NCBI GenBank assembly: GCA_018669005.1
Contig: JABJAL010000034.1
Span: 2,298-66,297, forward strand
Direction of reading: 5' to 3'
DNA from: Nitrospinaceae bacterium
Lineage (GTDB): Bacteria; UBA8248
DNA: 64,000 nucleotides
Each line of letters begins with the position of its first letter. Positions within the stretch are counted from its first letter, which is position 1. The notes beneath the pieces were generated by a model, which ran no database searches, was not told the DNA's origin, and saw only the letters and a program-made list of their open reading frames with translations. This document shows, piece by piece, positions 9,290-19,559 of the stretch. Position numbers and translations under genes: made by a program.

Positions 9290-10333
9290 TTACTTTCCGC
9301 CGCGCATTTTGGCGATGGCGCGCCCTGCGCGTTCGATGAGTTCGCGGGGAATGAGGGTGCCTGCGAGTTTTTCCCGCGCCTTTTCGCCCAAACGTTGCAT
9401 CGCCGCAAGCTCGGAGGCCTCCGGCTTTGGCGAGAGGGTGAGCCCGCGCTTTGTCATCGCCTTGATCGCGCGCTCGTTCTCGGAGCGGGTGAGGCGGCGA
9501 AGCTCAATCATGCGGGCCCGCGTCTTGTCGAGCAGGAGCGTTTGCTGGCCGGGCGTCATGCGCTTGAATCGCCGTTTGCTCATGATGAGGGCGCCGGTGA
9601 CGTTTGCCATCGGTACCTTGGAAATGTAGCGCACCTTGGTGAACCATTGGAGCGCAATCGCACCGAGCGGGCTGATGTAGACAGTGTCGATAAGCCCTGT
9701 CTGGAGCGATGTGAGAACGTCTGTTACTGCCAGTGGGATAGGCCGAACGCCGATGGCACTGAAATATGCCCGTGCGAGGGGGTCGCCCTCCCACATCCAC
9801 ACCTTTTGCCCCGCGAGGTCACGGCTGGCGACGATTGGATTTTTTGAGAAAAAATGGGCAAAACCCACTTCGGACCACCCCAGGAGAACCCAACCCTTTT
9901 TGCGGAATTCGGCTTCATACCAGGGGTCGAGCGCCTTGTGGACAGCGTCCACCTCCTCGTAGCTTTGAAAGAAAAATGGCAGCTCAAACAGACGCGCAGC
10001 GGGCAGAAGCTCCCCCAGCCCCACTCCGGTGAACCCGGCTGCGTGGAGCTGGCCTATGCGCAGCTTGCGCACAACATCCTTCTCGTTTCCCGAGACCCCG
10101 CCCGGATAAATGCGAAAGCGCACAGCCTTTTTCGTGGCCTTACGCATGTCTTTGTCCAGCTTGCGCATGATGCGCATCCAGGTCGTTCCCTCGGGGGCGA
10201 GGCTGGCGAATTTTATGACCTGTTTTTTCGCCGCAAGGACCGGTGGCGGCACAGCAAGCGTTATGAACGCGAGCAGCACAGCCGCGAGTAGCGCAAAAGG
10301 TTTTATAGATATTGATTTTCCAAGGTGCATCAA
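9290..10333 (-). CDS. dctP: TRAP transporter substrate-binding protein (DctP family)
   Basis: Signal peptide. IKFASLAPEGTTW...RIYPGG...LTSLQTGLIDTVY, the DctP signature. Confidence 0.8.
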   Translation of the reverse strand: MMHLGKSISIKPFALLAAVLLAFITLAVPPPVLAAKKQVIKFASLAPEGTTWMRIMRKLDKDMRKATKKAVRFRIYPGGVSGNEKDVVRKLRIGQLHAAGFTGVGLGELLPAARLFELPFFFQSYEEVDAVHKALDPWYEAEFRKKGWVLLGWSEVGFAHFFSKNPIVASRDLAGQKVWMWEGDPLARAYFSAIGVRPIPLAVTDVLTSLQTGLIDTVYISPLGAIALQWFTKVRYISKVPMANVTGALIMSKRRFKRMTPGQQTLLLDKTRARMIELRRLTRSENERAIKAMTKRGLTLSPKPEASELAAMQRLGEKAREKLAGTLIPRELIERAGRAIAKMRGGK

Positions 10334-11184
10334 AACAAATCCTCAACCTGTGCGCGAAGCGCTTTTGCGCGGCGGCGGGCCAGCGAATTGGCTAGCGCCT
10401 GATCGGGCAAAAGGCCCGGGTGCGTCGATTCAATTTCATCGAGCAGCTTGATGAACAGTTTTTTGTCTTGCACCCGGACGGCGTAGTGCCGTGCATAAAG
10501 AAACTTTGCCATTAAAAAGCGCCCGCCCGAGGCTTTGATGGCGCGAATGAAATGCGTTTTCGCTCGTTTGGGGTTGCCGCCCAGAAGGGGCGAGCGGCTG
10601 GCATAATATACGCCGAAGAATAGGTCGGAGCCGCCGAAGAAATATTTCGAATCGAGTTTGCGCACGCGCTCCATCATCGCGCTGGCGCGAGGGAGATCGG
10701 CTAGCGCATCCGGGTCCTGGCGGCTCAAGTTGATCCATCCGCTCCAGCAGTAGGCTGTCCAGAAGAGAAGGGGAAGGTCCTCTGGCCCGGTATGTTCGAG
10801 AAGCACCTCGAAGGGAATTCTCTTTTGGCCGGGGCGCGGCAACAGGATGCGCATCCCGTGGTCGCGGCCTCGCTTGAAAAGGCGCCTGGCGCGTTCGGGC
10901 TCAGAGTTTTCGAGGAAACCGAAGGCAAAACTACCGTAGGCCTGGGCGGCGGCGCGGCGAAGACCAGGGTTGTCCGGGTCGGCGCGGATGTAGCCCTCGA
11001 GCATGACGAGGAGCGTGGCGGCCGCCTCGCGGGCATGGTCAGGGTCGGACTCGGCGCTCAGGGCGCCCATTAAGTCGTCCAGAAGTGTGGCCGAGGATCG
11101 GACCACCACCTCTTTGAGGGAGCACCCGCCTAGCATCAGCACGAGCGCCGCAAGAATCGAGAAATGTTTAGCCGCGCGTTTCAT
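10330..11184 (-). CDS. tatT: TRAP transporter TatT component family lipoprotein (TPR-like)
   Basis: Lipobox LGGCS. 284 aa helical TPR-like protein immediately upstream of dctPQM. Resembles TatT of TatPT-type TRAP systems. Confidence 0.55.
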   Translation of the reverse strand: MKRAAKHFSILAALVLMLGGCSLKEVVVRSSATLLDDLMGALSAESDPDHAREAAATLLVMLEGYIRADPDNPGLRRAAAQAYGSFAFGFLENSEPERARRLFKRGRDHGMRILLPRPGQKRIPFEVLLEHTGPEDLPLLFWTAYCWSGWINLSRQDPDALADLPRASAMMERVRKLDSKYFFGGSDLFFGVYYASRSPLLGGNPKRAKTHFIRAIKASGGRFLMAKFLYARHYAVRVQDKKLFIKLLDEIESTHPGLLPDQALANSLARRRAKALRAQVEDLF

Positions 11185-11245
11185 CGGATCAGATTATGCC
11201 ACAGGGCGGTGTGTTGCGGGGCAAAGGTGTTCTGTTTTTGTTTCC

Positions 11246-12367
11246 TCAATCGTAGGCGATAACGCTTCGAGCCACTTCGCCCCGGAGGAGCGCGTCATAG
11301 GCCTCGTTGATTTGATCGAGTGGATACGAGCGCGTGAGCAAATCATCGAGGTTGAGCTTACCCGCCATATAGAGCTCAATCAGTCGCGGCACCATCTGGC
11401 GCGGCACCGAGGAGCCGTAGAGCGAGCCGACAAGCCGCTTTTCCTGGGTGACGAGGTCCAGGGTCGGTATCGCGGCGGTGGAGGTGGGGCTGGTGATGCC
11501 AATCATCACCGCCGTTCCCCCGCGCCGGACGGCGTTGAAGCATTGTGTCGTCACCTCGGTGTTGCCGATGGCCTCGATGGCATGATGCGCCCCCTGGCCG
11601 CCGGTTATTTCACGGATGCGCTCGACCGGGTCTTCGTCCGAGGCGTTGACGAAGTGGGTGGCCCCGAACTTTTTCGCCATATCGAGTTTGTTTTGCATAA
11701 TGTCGACCGCGATGATCGGCTCGGCTCCGGCAAGAAGGGCCCCCTGGATGGCGTTGAGGCCGATGCCGCCAGCACCGAAAACGGCGACACTCTCGCCAGG
11801 CCGGGCCTGGGCTGCGTTGATGACCGCGCCGACACCGGTGATCACCGCGCAACTGACCACGGCGGCCATGTCTAGCGGCATGTCGTCGCGAATCTTGAGT
11901 GCGGATTTCTCGCTCATCACCGAGTATTCGGCGAAGGTCGAAACCCCCAGATGGTGGCCAATTTCGGTGTTGCCTATTTTAAAGCGCCTCGTGCCGTCCG
12001 AGAGGCTGGCGTTCGTGCGCATGATGGCGCTCGTGGGGCATAGCTGGGGCCGGGCGATGAGGCAGTATTCGCAGGTTCCACATGCGTAGCGCCAGACACT
12101 CACTATGTGGTCGCCCGGCTTGAGGGAGGTGACACCGGGGCCCACCTCCTCGACGACGCCCGCGCCCTCGTGGCCCAAAATGACCGGGGTGGTGATGGGC
12201 ATCTCGCCCGTCATCGCGTGGTGGTCGCTGTGGCAAACGCCCGCCGCCGCCATTTTCACCAGTATCTCGCCCTCTTTTGGGGGCGAGACCTCAACCTCCT
12301 CGATGACCAGTGGTTTGTTCGGCTCATAGAAGACGGCTGCTTTCATGGCGGGCTCCTTATTAGCCAA
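11246..12367 (-). CDS. zinc-dependent alcohol dehydrogenase (class III / MDR family)
   Basis: GVCHSDHH...GHEGAGVV catalytic Zn motif, CGTCEYC structural Zn motif and GAGGIG Rossmann motif. Confidence 0.8.
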   Translation of the reverse strand: MANKEPAMKAAVFYEPNKPLVIEEVEVSPPKEGEILVKMAAAGVCHSDHHAMTGEMPITTPVILGHEGAGVVEEVGPGVTSLKPGDHIVSVWRYACGTCEYCLIARPQLCPTSAIMRTNASLSDGTRRFKIGNTEIGHHLGVSTFAEYSVMSEKSALKIRDDMPLDMAAVVSCAVITGVGAVINAAQARPGESVAVFGAGGIGLNAIQGALLAGAEPIIAVDIMQNKLDMAKKFGATHFVNASDEDPVERIREITGGQGAHHAIEAIGNTEVTTQCFNAVRRGGTAVMIGITSPTSTAAIPTLDLVTQEKRLVGSLYGSSVPRQMVPRLIELYMAGKLNLDDLLTRSYPLDQINEAYDALLRGEVARSVIAYD

Positions 12368-12520
12368 GCCAGGTGAGGGGCTCTCGAATTCGGCGGCTTT
12401 TCTTGTTTCGGCGCCGATATAGAAGTATGTTTCTCATTATTACCTGAAAAACGGCTCCGTTGCACTTCCATACACGGCTGGCCCAGGCGGGCTGGTGGTT
12501 CAATTCCAAAGGGGTTCAAA

Positions 12521-13105
12521 ATGCCTTTTATCAAAACAATTGACGAGGGTGATGCCGAGGGCGAGCTCAAGGCGTACTACGACAAGATGGGGGGACGCGT
12601 AGGAAATATCCAGAAGATATACAGCATCAAGCCCCCGCTGCTGCAGGCGTATCGCGATTTTTCCCGTGCCGTGACTTTCGGCGCCACCAGCCTTGGTCGG
12701 CGGCGCGAGGAAATATTGGCGGTGGCGATTTCCTCGATGATCAAGTGTAAGTACTGAACGGTCTCGCACGGAGAGTTTCTCCGTGAGGTGAGCGAGGGCG
12801 ACGCGACGCAGGACGCACTGGATTTGAAGGAGGATTTCAGAGAGGCCGACATTGCTCCCGAGGAGGTGGCGATGCTTGAGTACGCCGAGAAAATCACGCT
12901 TGCCCCCTGGACCGTAACCGAGGCGGATGTCGAGAATTTGCGGTCTCATGGCTTTGACGATGTGGCGATACTGGAAATTGCCACTGTTTCGGCTTACCGA
13001 AATTACATCGCCCGGGTGGCGAATGCCCTCGGGGTCGAGCTTGAGGATACAAAATTCGCGGATAACCCTGAGGCCCGTGCCACCATGATCGAGGGGCTCG
13101 TTTAA
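12521..13105 (+). CDS. AhpD-like / carboxymuconolactone decarboxylase-family selenoprotein (in-frame UGA = Sec at 12755-12757)
   Basis: ORFs 12521-12757 and 12788-13105 are in the same frame. The TGA falls at the second Cys of the AhpD CxxCxxxH motif, giving IKCKY-U-TVSHGEF. A hairpin follows about 10 nt downstream. Confidence 0.8.
12767..12785 (+). promoter_or_regulatory. bSECIS-like stem-loop downstream of the in-frame UGA
   Basis: cacggag-agttt-ctccgtg gives a 7-bp perfect stem with an AGUUU loop. It starts 10 nt after the TGA. Confidence 0.6.
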
Positions 13106-13171
13106 TCACGGTCGCATTCACCCAAAGCACACACGGATATAAAGAACGCATTAATAAGGTAAGGGAGAACC

Positions 13172-14176
13172 ATGAGCGATAAAGTGAGAATGGCGTTCGT
13201 CGGGCTGGGCAGGTGGTCAGGCATGGTCGCTGCGGGTGCCAGCAAAAGCAGCCGGGCCGAGGTGGCCGCCGGCCTGTCGCGATCGCCTGAGAAAATGGAT
13301 GCGTTTGCCGAGAACTTTGGCGGCATCCCGGCCAAATCCTGGGAGACGATTCTGGCTGATGAGAATATCGATGCGGTAGTGCTCACCACACCGAACAGCC
13401 TTCACAAGCCCCTGGCTATTGAGGCGGCCCGCGCTGGCAAGCACATCATTGTCGAGAAACCGATGGCGCTCTCTGCCGCCGAATGCAGGGAAATGATCGA
13501 GGCAGCCAAAGAGGCGGGCGTCGTATTGGCCGTGGGTCAGAACACCCGGCGCAGCCCCCGCTACCGGAAGGCTGAGGAACTTATTCGCTCGGGGGCGATT
13601 GGCGAGGTCGCCCTGGTCGAGGCCAACCAGACCAGACCCCAGAGCTATCGCATCGAGGGTCTCTGGCGGAATTCGCGGGTCGAGAGCCCGGGGGGACCAC
13701 TGGCGAGTTTTTCCATCCATCAGATAGATTCCATGAACCATCTTGTTGGACCCGTGCGGCGAGTATCAGCTTTCGTGAGCAAGCTCAACGGCCCGGCCGT
13801 GCCGGACGACGTGATGACGGCGGTGCTTGAATTCGAGAGCGGGGCGCTCGGCTACCTGGGCGGGACGATGATTACCCCCGACAGAAATTACTTTCAGGCC
13901 CACGGCACCGAGGGCGTCATCTATCTCGACGTGGACGGGGGCGAGTGCTCGATTAAGCGAAAAGATGCGGACACCTTCGAGAAATTGCCGATGCCGGATG
14001 CCGATGAGCAACTGGCTATTTCTCTCGCCGAGCAGATGGACGATTTTGCGGGCGCCATTCTTGAGGGTAGAGAGTCTGAAGTTTCGGGCGAGGTGGGTAT
14101 GGCAGCCGTCGCGGTTATGGAAGCCATTGTCCTCTCGGCCGAGGAGGGTCGGCCCGTTGAGCCAGGGAGCTTGTAG
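13172..14176 (+). CDS. Gfo/Idh/MocA family oxidoreductase
   Basis: MAFVGLGRW Rossmann N-terminus and EKPMA motif. Confidence 0.75.
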   Translation: MSDKVRMAFVGLGRWSGMVAAGASKSSRAEVAAGLSRSPEKMDAFAENFGGIPAKSWETILADENIDAVVLTTPNSLHKPLAIEAARAGKHIIVEKPMALSAAECREMIEAAKEAGVVLAVGQNTRRSPRYRKAEELIRSGAIGEVALVEANQTRPQSYRIEGLWRNSRVESPGGPLASFSIHQIDSMNHLVGPVRRVSAFVSKLNGPAVPDDVMTAVLEFESGALGYLGGTMITPDRNYFQAHGTEGVIYLDVDGGECSIKRKDADTFEKLPMPDADEQLAISLAEQMDDFAGAILEGRESEVSGEVGMAAVAVMEAIVLSAEEGRPVEPGSL

Positions 14177-14244
14177 GGCAGCCTTTTAAGCCCCTTTCCC
14201 CCCGATTGACACCCGAGGCCGGAGGGGTAATTATCGATGGGCAG

Positions 14245-14405
14245 TAGGACCTGCTAGGGGTGGGTATCTGAGAGCCTTGAGACCTGAGGCAACCCTTAGA
14301 ACCTGATCTGGGTAATTCCAGCGAAGGGAAGCGGGGCTGAAAGTTCGGAAAGAGTTTTTTCCGGCATTTAGAGCCGCTTCCCCCTGGGGGACAGCGGTTT
14401 TTTTG
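14245..14405 (+). promoter_or_regulatory. TPP (THI-box) riboswitch with intrinsic-terminator expression platform
   Basis: Conserved ggggtgg..CTGAGA..aaccc..gaACCTGATCTGGgTAATtCCAGCGaAGGGAA core. Hairpin 14374-14397 followed by a T7 run, upstream of thiS. Confidence 0.85.
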
Positions 14406-14426
14406 TTTTGATTTAAGGGCACTGGA

Positions 14427-14627
14427 ATGCAAATACAGGTGAACGGCGAGGCGAGGGAGGTCGAGGCGGGGAGCACGGTAGCTGCGCTTCTTGATGAACT
14501 CGGCCTCGATGTGAGCGGGCTCGCCGTTGCCGTTAACATGGACATCGTCCGCCGCGGTGATTACGCCGCGACAAAATTTTCCGAGGGCGATGAAATCGAA
14601 ATTGTGCGCGCCGTGGGTGGCGGCTAG
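14427..14627 (+). CDS. thiS: sulfur carrier protein ThiS
   Basis: 66 aa, MQIQVNGE..., ending in GG. Confidence 0.85.
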   Translation: MQIQVNGEAREVEAGSTVAALLDELGLDVSGLAVAVNMDIVRRGDYAATKFSEGDEIEIVRAVGGG

Positions 14628-14661
14628 AGCCAGCCAGCGTCGCGAGAAGGAGAGGGGAATC

Positions 14662-15435
14662 ATGAGTAGCTACGAAATTGGGGGCAAAACGTTCACCTCC
14701 CGCCTCTGGGTGGGGTCTGGGAAATATCCGAGTTTTCACGTCATGCGCGATGCCATCGAGGCGAGCGGGGCCGAGATTGTCACCGTTGCCATCCGGCGCA
14801 CGGATCTGAACGACGATACCAAGGACGGTTTCTGGGCGAATTTCGACAAGGAGCGCTGCACCATCCTGCCGAACACGGCAGGATGTTTCGACGTGAAGAG
14901 CGCGGTGACGACGGCGCGGCTCGGCCGGGAGGCGACGGGCTCGGATTTTGTGAAGGTCGAGGTCATCGGCGATGACAAAACGCTGTTTCCCGACAACGAG
15001 GGTTTGCTTGAGGCGTGCAAGATTCTGCTCGACGATGGTTTTATCGTTCTTCCCTATTGCATCGATGACCCGATTGTCTGCAAAAAACTAGAAGATATGG
15101 GCTGCCACGCGGTTATGCCACTGGCGGCGCCAATTGGCTCAGGGATGGGCATTCGAAATCCCTATAATCTCAAGATCATCATGGAGCAAATTTCAATCCC
15201 CGTGGTTGTCGATGCCGGTGTGGGTACGGCCTCGGACGCTGCTGTGGCGCTAGAGCTTGGCTCGACGGCGGTGCTTATGCAGACGGCCATTGCGGGAGCT
15301 GACGATCCGGTAAAAATGGCACGGGCGATGCGCCTTGGCATCGAGGCGGGGCGGTTGGCCTACGAGGCGGGCCGGATTCCGATGAAACTCTACGCGACGG
15401 CCTCAAGCCCGCTTGAGGGCGTGGTCGGCTCATAG
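14662..15435 (+). CDS. thiG: thiazole synthase ThiG
   Basis: [11 protein letters not shown]...VLPYCIDDP...[11 protein letters not shown], the ThiG signature. Confidence 0.9.
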   Translation: MSSYEIGGKTFTSRLWVGSGKYPSFHVMRDAIEASGAEIVTVAIRRTDLNDDTKDGFWANFDKERCTILPNTAGCFDVKSAVTTARLGREATGSDFVKVEVIGDDKTLFPDNEGLLEACKILLDDGFIVLPYCIDDPIVCKKLEDMGCHAVMPLAAPIGSGMGIRNPYNLKIIMEQISIPVVVDAGVGTASDAAVALELGSTAVLMQTAIAGADDPVKMARAMRLGIEAGRLAYEAGRIPMKLYATASSPLEGVVGS

Positions 15436-15457
15436 ACGCCGGGGAAAGGCGGGCCCT

Positions 15458-16087
15458 GTGAGCGGCGCTCTCGATTCCCTCTATCTCATCACTGACAGGA
15501 ATGCGCCCCCTTCGGGGGATTTGCTGGCGGCGCTCAAAAGCGCGCTTGAGGGCGGGGTGCGTCTTGTTCAGTTTCGGGAAAAAGATTTGCCTGCACCCAA
15601 GCGGCTGGCGCTGGGCCGCGAGGTGATGGCGCTGGCCAGGGCGTTAGGCGCGCGGATTATCGTCAATGGCGATCCAGCGCTGGCAGATGAACTTGGAGCG
15701 GCGGGCGTTCATCTTGGAAAATCTAGCTTGCCTGTTGGTGAGGTCCGCGCCACCTATAGCGGCCTTATCGGTTATTCGGCTCACAGCGGAGGCGAGGCGG
15801 CAGAGGCCTTCGCGGCGGGGGCTGATTTTGTCACGCTGAGTCCGGTTTTTCCGCCAACGAGCAAAGCGGCATCGGGCCCAATTTTAGGCCTTGAGGGATT
15901 TCGCTTTGACGTTCAGGCCTGCGGCGGACCCGTCTATGCGCTTGGCGGGGTTTCCGCCCGTAATGCTGCCGCCTGCATCGAGGCAGGGGCCCACGGGGTC
16001 GCACTGATAGGCGCCATTCTTGGCGCTCCCGACCCTGCGCGTGCCGCCGACGAAATTATCAGAGCGCTCGGTGTGAATTTTGGGTAA
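15458..16087 (+). CDS. thiE: thiamine-phosphate synthase ThiE
   Basis: LYLITD...VQFREKDL...SPVFPT motifs. GTG start at 15458. Confidence 0.8.
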   Translation: MSGALDSLYLITDRNAPPSGDLLAALKSALEGGVRLVQFREKDLPAPKRLALGREVMALARALGARIIVNGDPALADELGAAGVHLGKSSLPVGEVRATYSGLIGYSAHSGGEAAEAFAAGADFVTLSPVFPPTSKAASGPILGLEGFRFDVQACGGPVYALGGVSARNAAACIEAGAHGVALIGAILGAPDPARAADEIIRALGVNFG

Positions 16088-16248
16088 GTGCCCCGGTTGC
16101 CTCAATATTCCGGTTAAAGAAGTGACAAGAAGCTCATTGACTGTATATTTAGAGTAGAGAAGTTCGGGAGTGGTGAATTAATAGGATCGCTCCAGCATCG
16201 AGATTCACCGCATTGCTTATTCATTCCTAGATCGGGGGAACATACCAT

Positions 16249-18204
16249 ATGGTCGATTCCATGAAGTTCGATACCCTTTTGGTCGAAAACCGGGTTTTCA
16301 AGCCCCATAAAGAATTTTCAAAAAACGCACACATCAAGTCCATGGCCGCCTACCGGAAAATGTATAACGAGTCGGTCAAGTCTCCGGCGAAATTCTGGGG
16401 CAAGGTGGCGAACGAGTTCCATTGGTTCAAAAAATGGACGAAGGTTCTTGAGTGGAAGGAGCCCCACGCCAAATGGTTCGTGGGCGGGACGACGAACATC
16501 TCCTACAACTGCCTGGACCGCCATCTCACCACTTGGCGCAAAAACAAGGCGGCTATTATTTGGGAAGGGGAGCCGGGTGAATCACGCACCCTTACCTACC
16601 AGGAACTCCACCGCGAGGTGTGCAAGTTCGCCAATTCGATGAAAAATGTGGGCATCAAGAAGGGCGACCGGGTTCTCATTTACATGCCCCAGACGCCCGA
16701 GGCGGCAATCGCTATGCTCGCCTGCGCCCGGATTGGTGCACCGCATAGCGTTGTCTTCGCCGGCTTCAGCGCCATCTCGCTTAAAGATCGCATTCAGGAC
16801 GCCCAGGCGACTGCCGTGCTCACCGCCGACGGCGGCTGGCGTCGCGGAAATGTGGTCCCGCTCAAGGCGAGCACTGATGAGGCGATTGAGGATTGCCCGT
16901 CGGTTAAGCACGTCATCGTCCTGAAGCGGACTGGCACCGATGTTCCGATGAAAAAGGGCCGCGACCACTGGTGGCATGACCTGATGGAAAATGCTTCGAG
17001 CGATTGTCCGGCTGCAAAGCTTGATAGCGAGCACCCGCTCTACATCCTCTACACGAGCGGCACGACAGGAAAGCCAAAGGGCATCGTCCACACCACGGGC
17101 GGCTATATGTGCGGCACCTATCTGACCTCAAAATATGTTTTTGACCTGAAAGATGAGGACACATATTGGTGTACGGCGGACATCGGATGGGTGACCGGAC
17201 ACAGCTACATCGTCTATGGCCCGCTATTAAACGGTGCGACCTCTGTCATGTACGAGGGGGCGCCCAATCACCCGGGCCCCGGCCGCTTCTGGGAGATTGT
17301 CGAAAAGTACAAGGTCAATATCTTCTACACCGCGCCGACGGCCATCCGAGCATTTATGAAGTGGGGCGATGAGCATCCGAAAAGCTGCGATCTTTCATCC
17401 CTGCGCCTTCTTGGCACGGTGGGCGAGCCCATCAATCCCGAGGCCTGGATGTGGTACCACACCGTAATTGGAAATAAAAAATGCCCTATCGTTGATACCT
17501 GGTGGCAGACCGAGACGGGTGCAATCATGCTCACCCCATTGCCGGGTGCGACGCCCACCAAGCCGGGCACGGCAACACTGCCGTTCTTTGGTGTCGTTCC
17601 CGATGTGGTGACACCGGACGGAAAATCGGTTGGCCCCGAGGGGGGTGGGCTACTCGTCATCAAGAAACCATGGCCCTCGATGTTGAGAACGATTTGGGGC
17701 GATGACAAACGCTACCGCAAGACATACTGGAGTGACGTGAAGGGCTGCTACTTCACCGGAGACGGCGCCCGCAGGGACAAGGATGGCTACATCTGGATAA
17801 TGGGCCGGGTGGATGACGTGATTAACATTGCGGGCCACCGCCTTGGCACGATGGAGGTCGAAAGCGCTCTCGTGGCGCACCCGGATGTGGCCGAGGCCGC
17901 ATGCGTTGGCGTTCCGCACGAGATCAAGGGCGAGAGCATCGCTGCCTTTGTCACCATGAAGGGGGAGAACAAAAAGAACCCGGCTCTCGAAAAAGAGTTG
18001 GGCCAGTGGGTGGTCAAGCAGATAGGTGCGATTGCCCGTCCCGACTACATGCGCTTCACGGGGGCGCTCCCCAAGACGCGGAGCGGTAAGATCATGCGGC
18101 GCCTTTTGCGCGATATCGCCTCGGGAGCCGATCAGGTGGGCGACACCACCACGCTTGAGGACGTTTCTGTTCTTCAGAGCCTTCAGCAATATCAAGACGG
18201 GTAA
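16249..18204 (+). CDS. acs: acetyl-CoA synthetase (acetate--CoA ligase)
   Basis: 651 aa. [14 protein letters not shown]-binding motif, WWQTETG, and ACS-specific N-terminus. Confidence 0.9.
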   Translation: MVDSMKFDTLLVENRVFKPHKEFSKNAHIKSMAAYRKMYNESVKSPAKFWGKVANEFHWFKKWTKVLEWKEPHAKWFVGGTTNISYNCLDRHLTTWRKNKAAIIWEGEPGESRTLTYQELHREVCKFANSMKNVGIKKGDRVLIYMPQTPEAAIAMLACARIGAPHSVVFAGFSAISLKDRIQDAQATAVLTADGGWRRGNVVPLKASTDEAIEDCPSVKHVIVLKRTGTDVPMKKGRDHWWHDLMENASSDCPAAKLDSEHPLYILYTSGTTGKPKGIVHTTGGYMCGTYLTSKYVFDLKDEDTYWCTADIGWVTGHSYIVYGPLLNGATSVMYEGAPNHPGPGRFWEIVEKYKVNIFYTAPTAIRAFMKWGDEHPKSCDLSSLRLLGTVGEPINPEAWMWYHTVIGNKKCPIVDTWWQTETGAIMLTPLPGATPTKPGTATLPFFGVVPDVVTPDGKSVGPEGGGLLVIKKPWPSMLRTIWGDDKRYRKTYWSDVKGCYFTGDGARRDKDGYIWIMGRVDDVINIAGHRLGTMEVESALVAHPDVAEAACVGVPHEIKGESIAAFVTMKGENKKNPALEKELGQWVVKQIGAIARPDYMRFTGALPKTRSGKIMRRLLRDIASGADQVGDTTTLEDVSVLQSLQQYQDG

Positions 18205-18223
18205 AGTTTTTTAGCGAATCTGG

Positions 18224-18261
18224 AAAAGAGGCGATCCTCTCAAGGGTCGCCTCTTTTTTTT
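18224..18261 (+). terminator. rho-independent terminator after acs
   Basis: agaggcga...tcgcctct hairpin followed by a T8 run. Lies between convergent acs and the SGNH gene. Confidence 0.7.
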
Positions 18262-18278
18262 GGAACTATGGAGTGTCA

Positions 18279-19358
18279 CTAGCTTGCTCGCGCAAAAAAA
18301 CGGGTCAGCGGAGCGATAAGATTTTTCGAAATGATTTCGTTGCCTCGGGATGTGAGGTGCATGCCGTCGAAGGACAATTTTCGGTCTTTGAGGTCCACCG
18401 CCCGCCCAAGGTTGATGTGAAGGAGTCTGGGGTTATCGCCATAGCGCCGCCTCAGCATGTTGACTAAAGTTTTTTGTTGCTCGACATGTTTGTCGGAGAT
18501 ATATGGCTGGGTGACGATAGCGACAGGTAATCCATTATTAAGAGCGAAGTGTAGCGCTGGCTTGATTTCGCTGCAGTAAAATGTCCATCTCTCACCGCAA
18601 TCGGTGTCTCCTGCCATTATCTTAATTTGGCCTGGATTAGTTAGTCCTCCGAGTTGCTCTTCTAGCGAGAGAGCGATTTGCCCCCCTATATTCAGAGCGG
18701 TAGCTTTGGTTTGGTCCATGACGCTTGGTGTAAAGTTGGTTCGCCTCTTCCCGAGATTAATTTCGCCGATTCCGAGTCCGAACTGGAGGGTTTTGGCTTT
18801 GTCTAGCATCATCGTTGGTAGAAGGGGTAAATAGCCCGTCAACCGGAAAATGGGAGATTTGTGCCTGAAGACAGCGAGGTTTTTGCCTCCGAGGTCATTG
18901 TAGCCCGTGTAGATGATCACGGCATCGTAGTCCAGATAGGTGTAGTCTTTGAGGGTATGGATATAGGAATGCGCTCCCTCATTGTTCCAGGCAAGGTTGA
19001 CGATTTTGTAGGATTCGGGACCTCCCTTTCTCCGGGGATTTTTGTTGAATGCCCGCTCAAGATTGGCCGGAAATGAGTGACCCAAAGGTGTTCCGTAGCC
19101 GAGCGCTGAGCTTCCACCGAGGACAGCGATTCGAAATTCACCTTTCTTTTTCGGCCCGACTGATGACCCCCGATAGCCCCAAATGTTGTACATGCCCTTC
19201 GCTTGAAGCTTGTAGTGAAAGTACAGATCGCCTGCCAAGAATGTGGCGAGCAATGCTGCGGTGGAGATTATGACCACCAACACGGCGAATAGCGCGTATT
19301 TTCCCCCGCTCATCTTTTTCCTTCCCGATTCCCTGCTCATAAGCATCAATATAGTCAA
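18279..19358 (-). CDS. membrane-anchored SGNH/GDSL hydrolase family protein
   Basis: N-terminal TM helix, GGSSALGYG block I (Ser nucleophile), GYNDLGG and DGMHLTSRGNE (DxxH block V). GC about 50%, below the local background. Confidence 0.6.
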   Translation of the reverse strand: MTILMLMSRESGRKKMSGGKYALFAVLVVIISTAALLATFLAGDLYFHYKLQAKGMYNIWGYRGSSVGPKKKGEFRIAVLGGSSALGYGTPLGHSFPANLERAFNKNPRRKGGPESYKIVNLAWNNEGAHSYIHTLKDYTYLDYDAVIIYTGYNDLGGKNLAVFRHKSPIFRLTGYLPLLPTMMLDKAKTLQFGLGIGEINLGKRRTNFTPSVMDQTKATALNIGGQIALSLEEQLGGLTNPGQIKIMAGDTDCGERWTFYCSEIKPALHFALNNGLPVAIVTQPYISDKHVEQQKTLVNMLRRRYGDNPRLLHINLGRAVDLKDRKLSFDGMHLTSRGNEIISKNLIAPLTRFFARAS

Positions 19359-19559
19359 TTTTGGAGCCGGAAGGGAGGCGTATAAGCCATCGAATACGTG
19401 AGTCTGGCAGAGAACCTAATATCTGGCATGACGGTGGAAGCGCTCTACATAATATTGCAGAACTAAGATTTTAGTAATATAAAGGACTTTTAAGTCTTGA
19501 AATGGCCAGGATTTGGGTGCTTCCTATTCGGAATTAATTTTCTACGGGAGGGATTTTCG

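Noticed and set aside
11003-11875. 290-aa plus-strand ORF
   Set aside because: Antisense to tatT and the Zn-ADH, both of which have strong motifs. No motifs of its own.
14115-14663. 182-aa minus-strand ORF across the thiS leader
   Set aside because: Overlaps the TPP riboswitch and thiS on the opposite strand. The conserved riboswitch explains this region.
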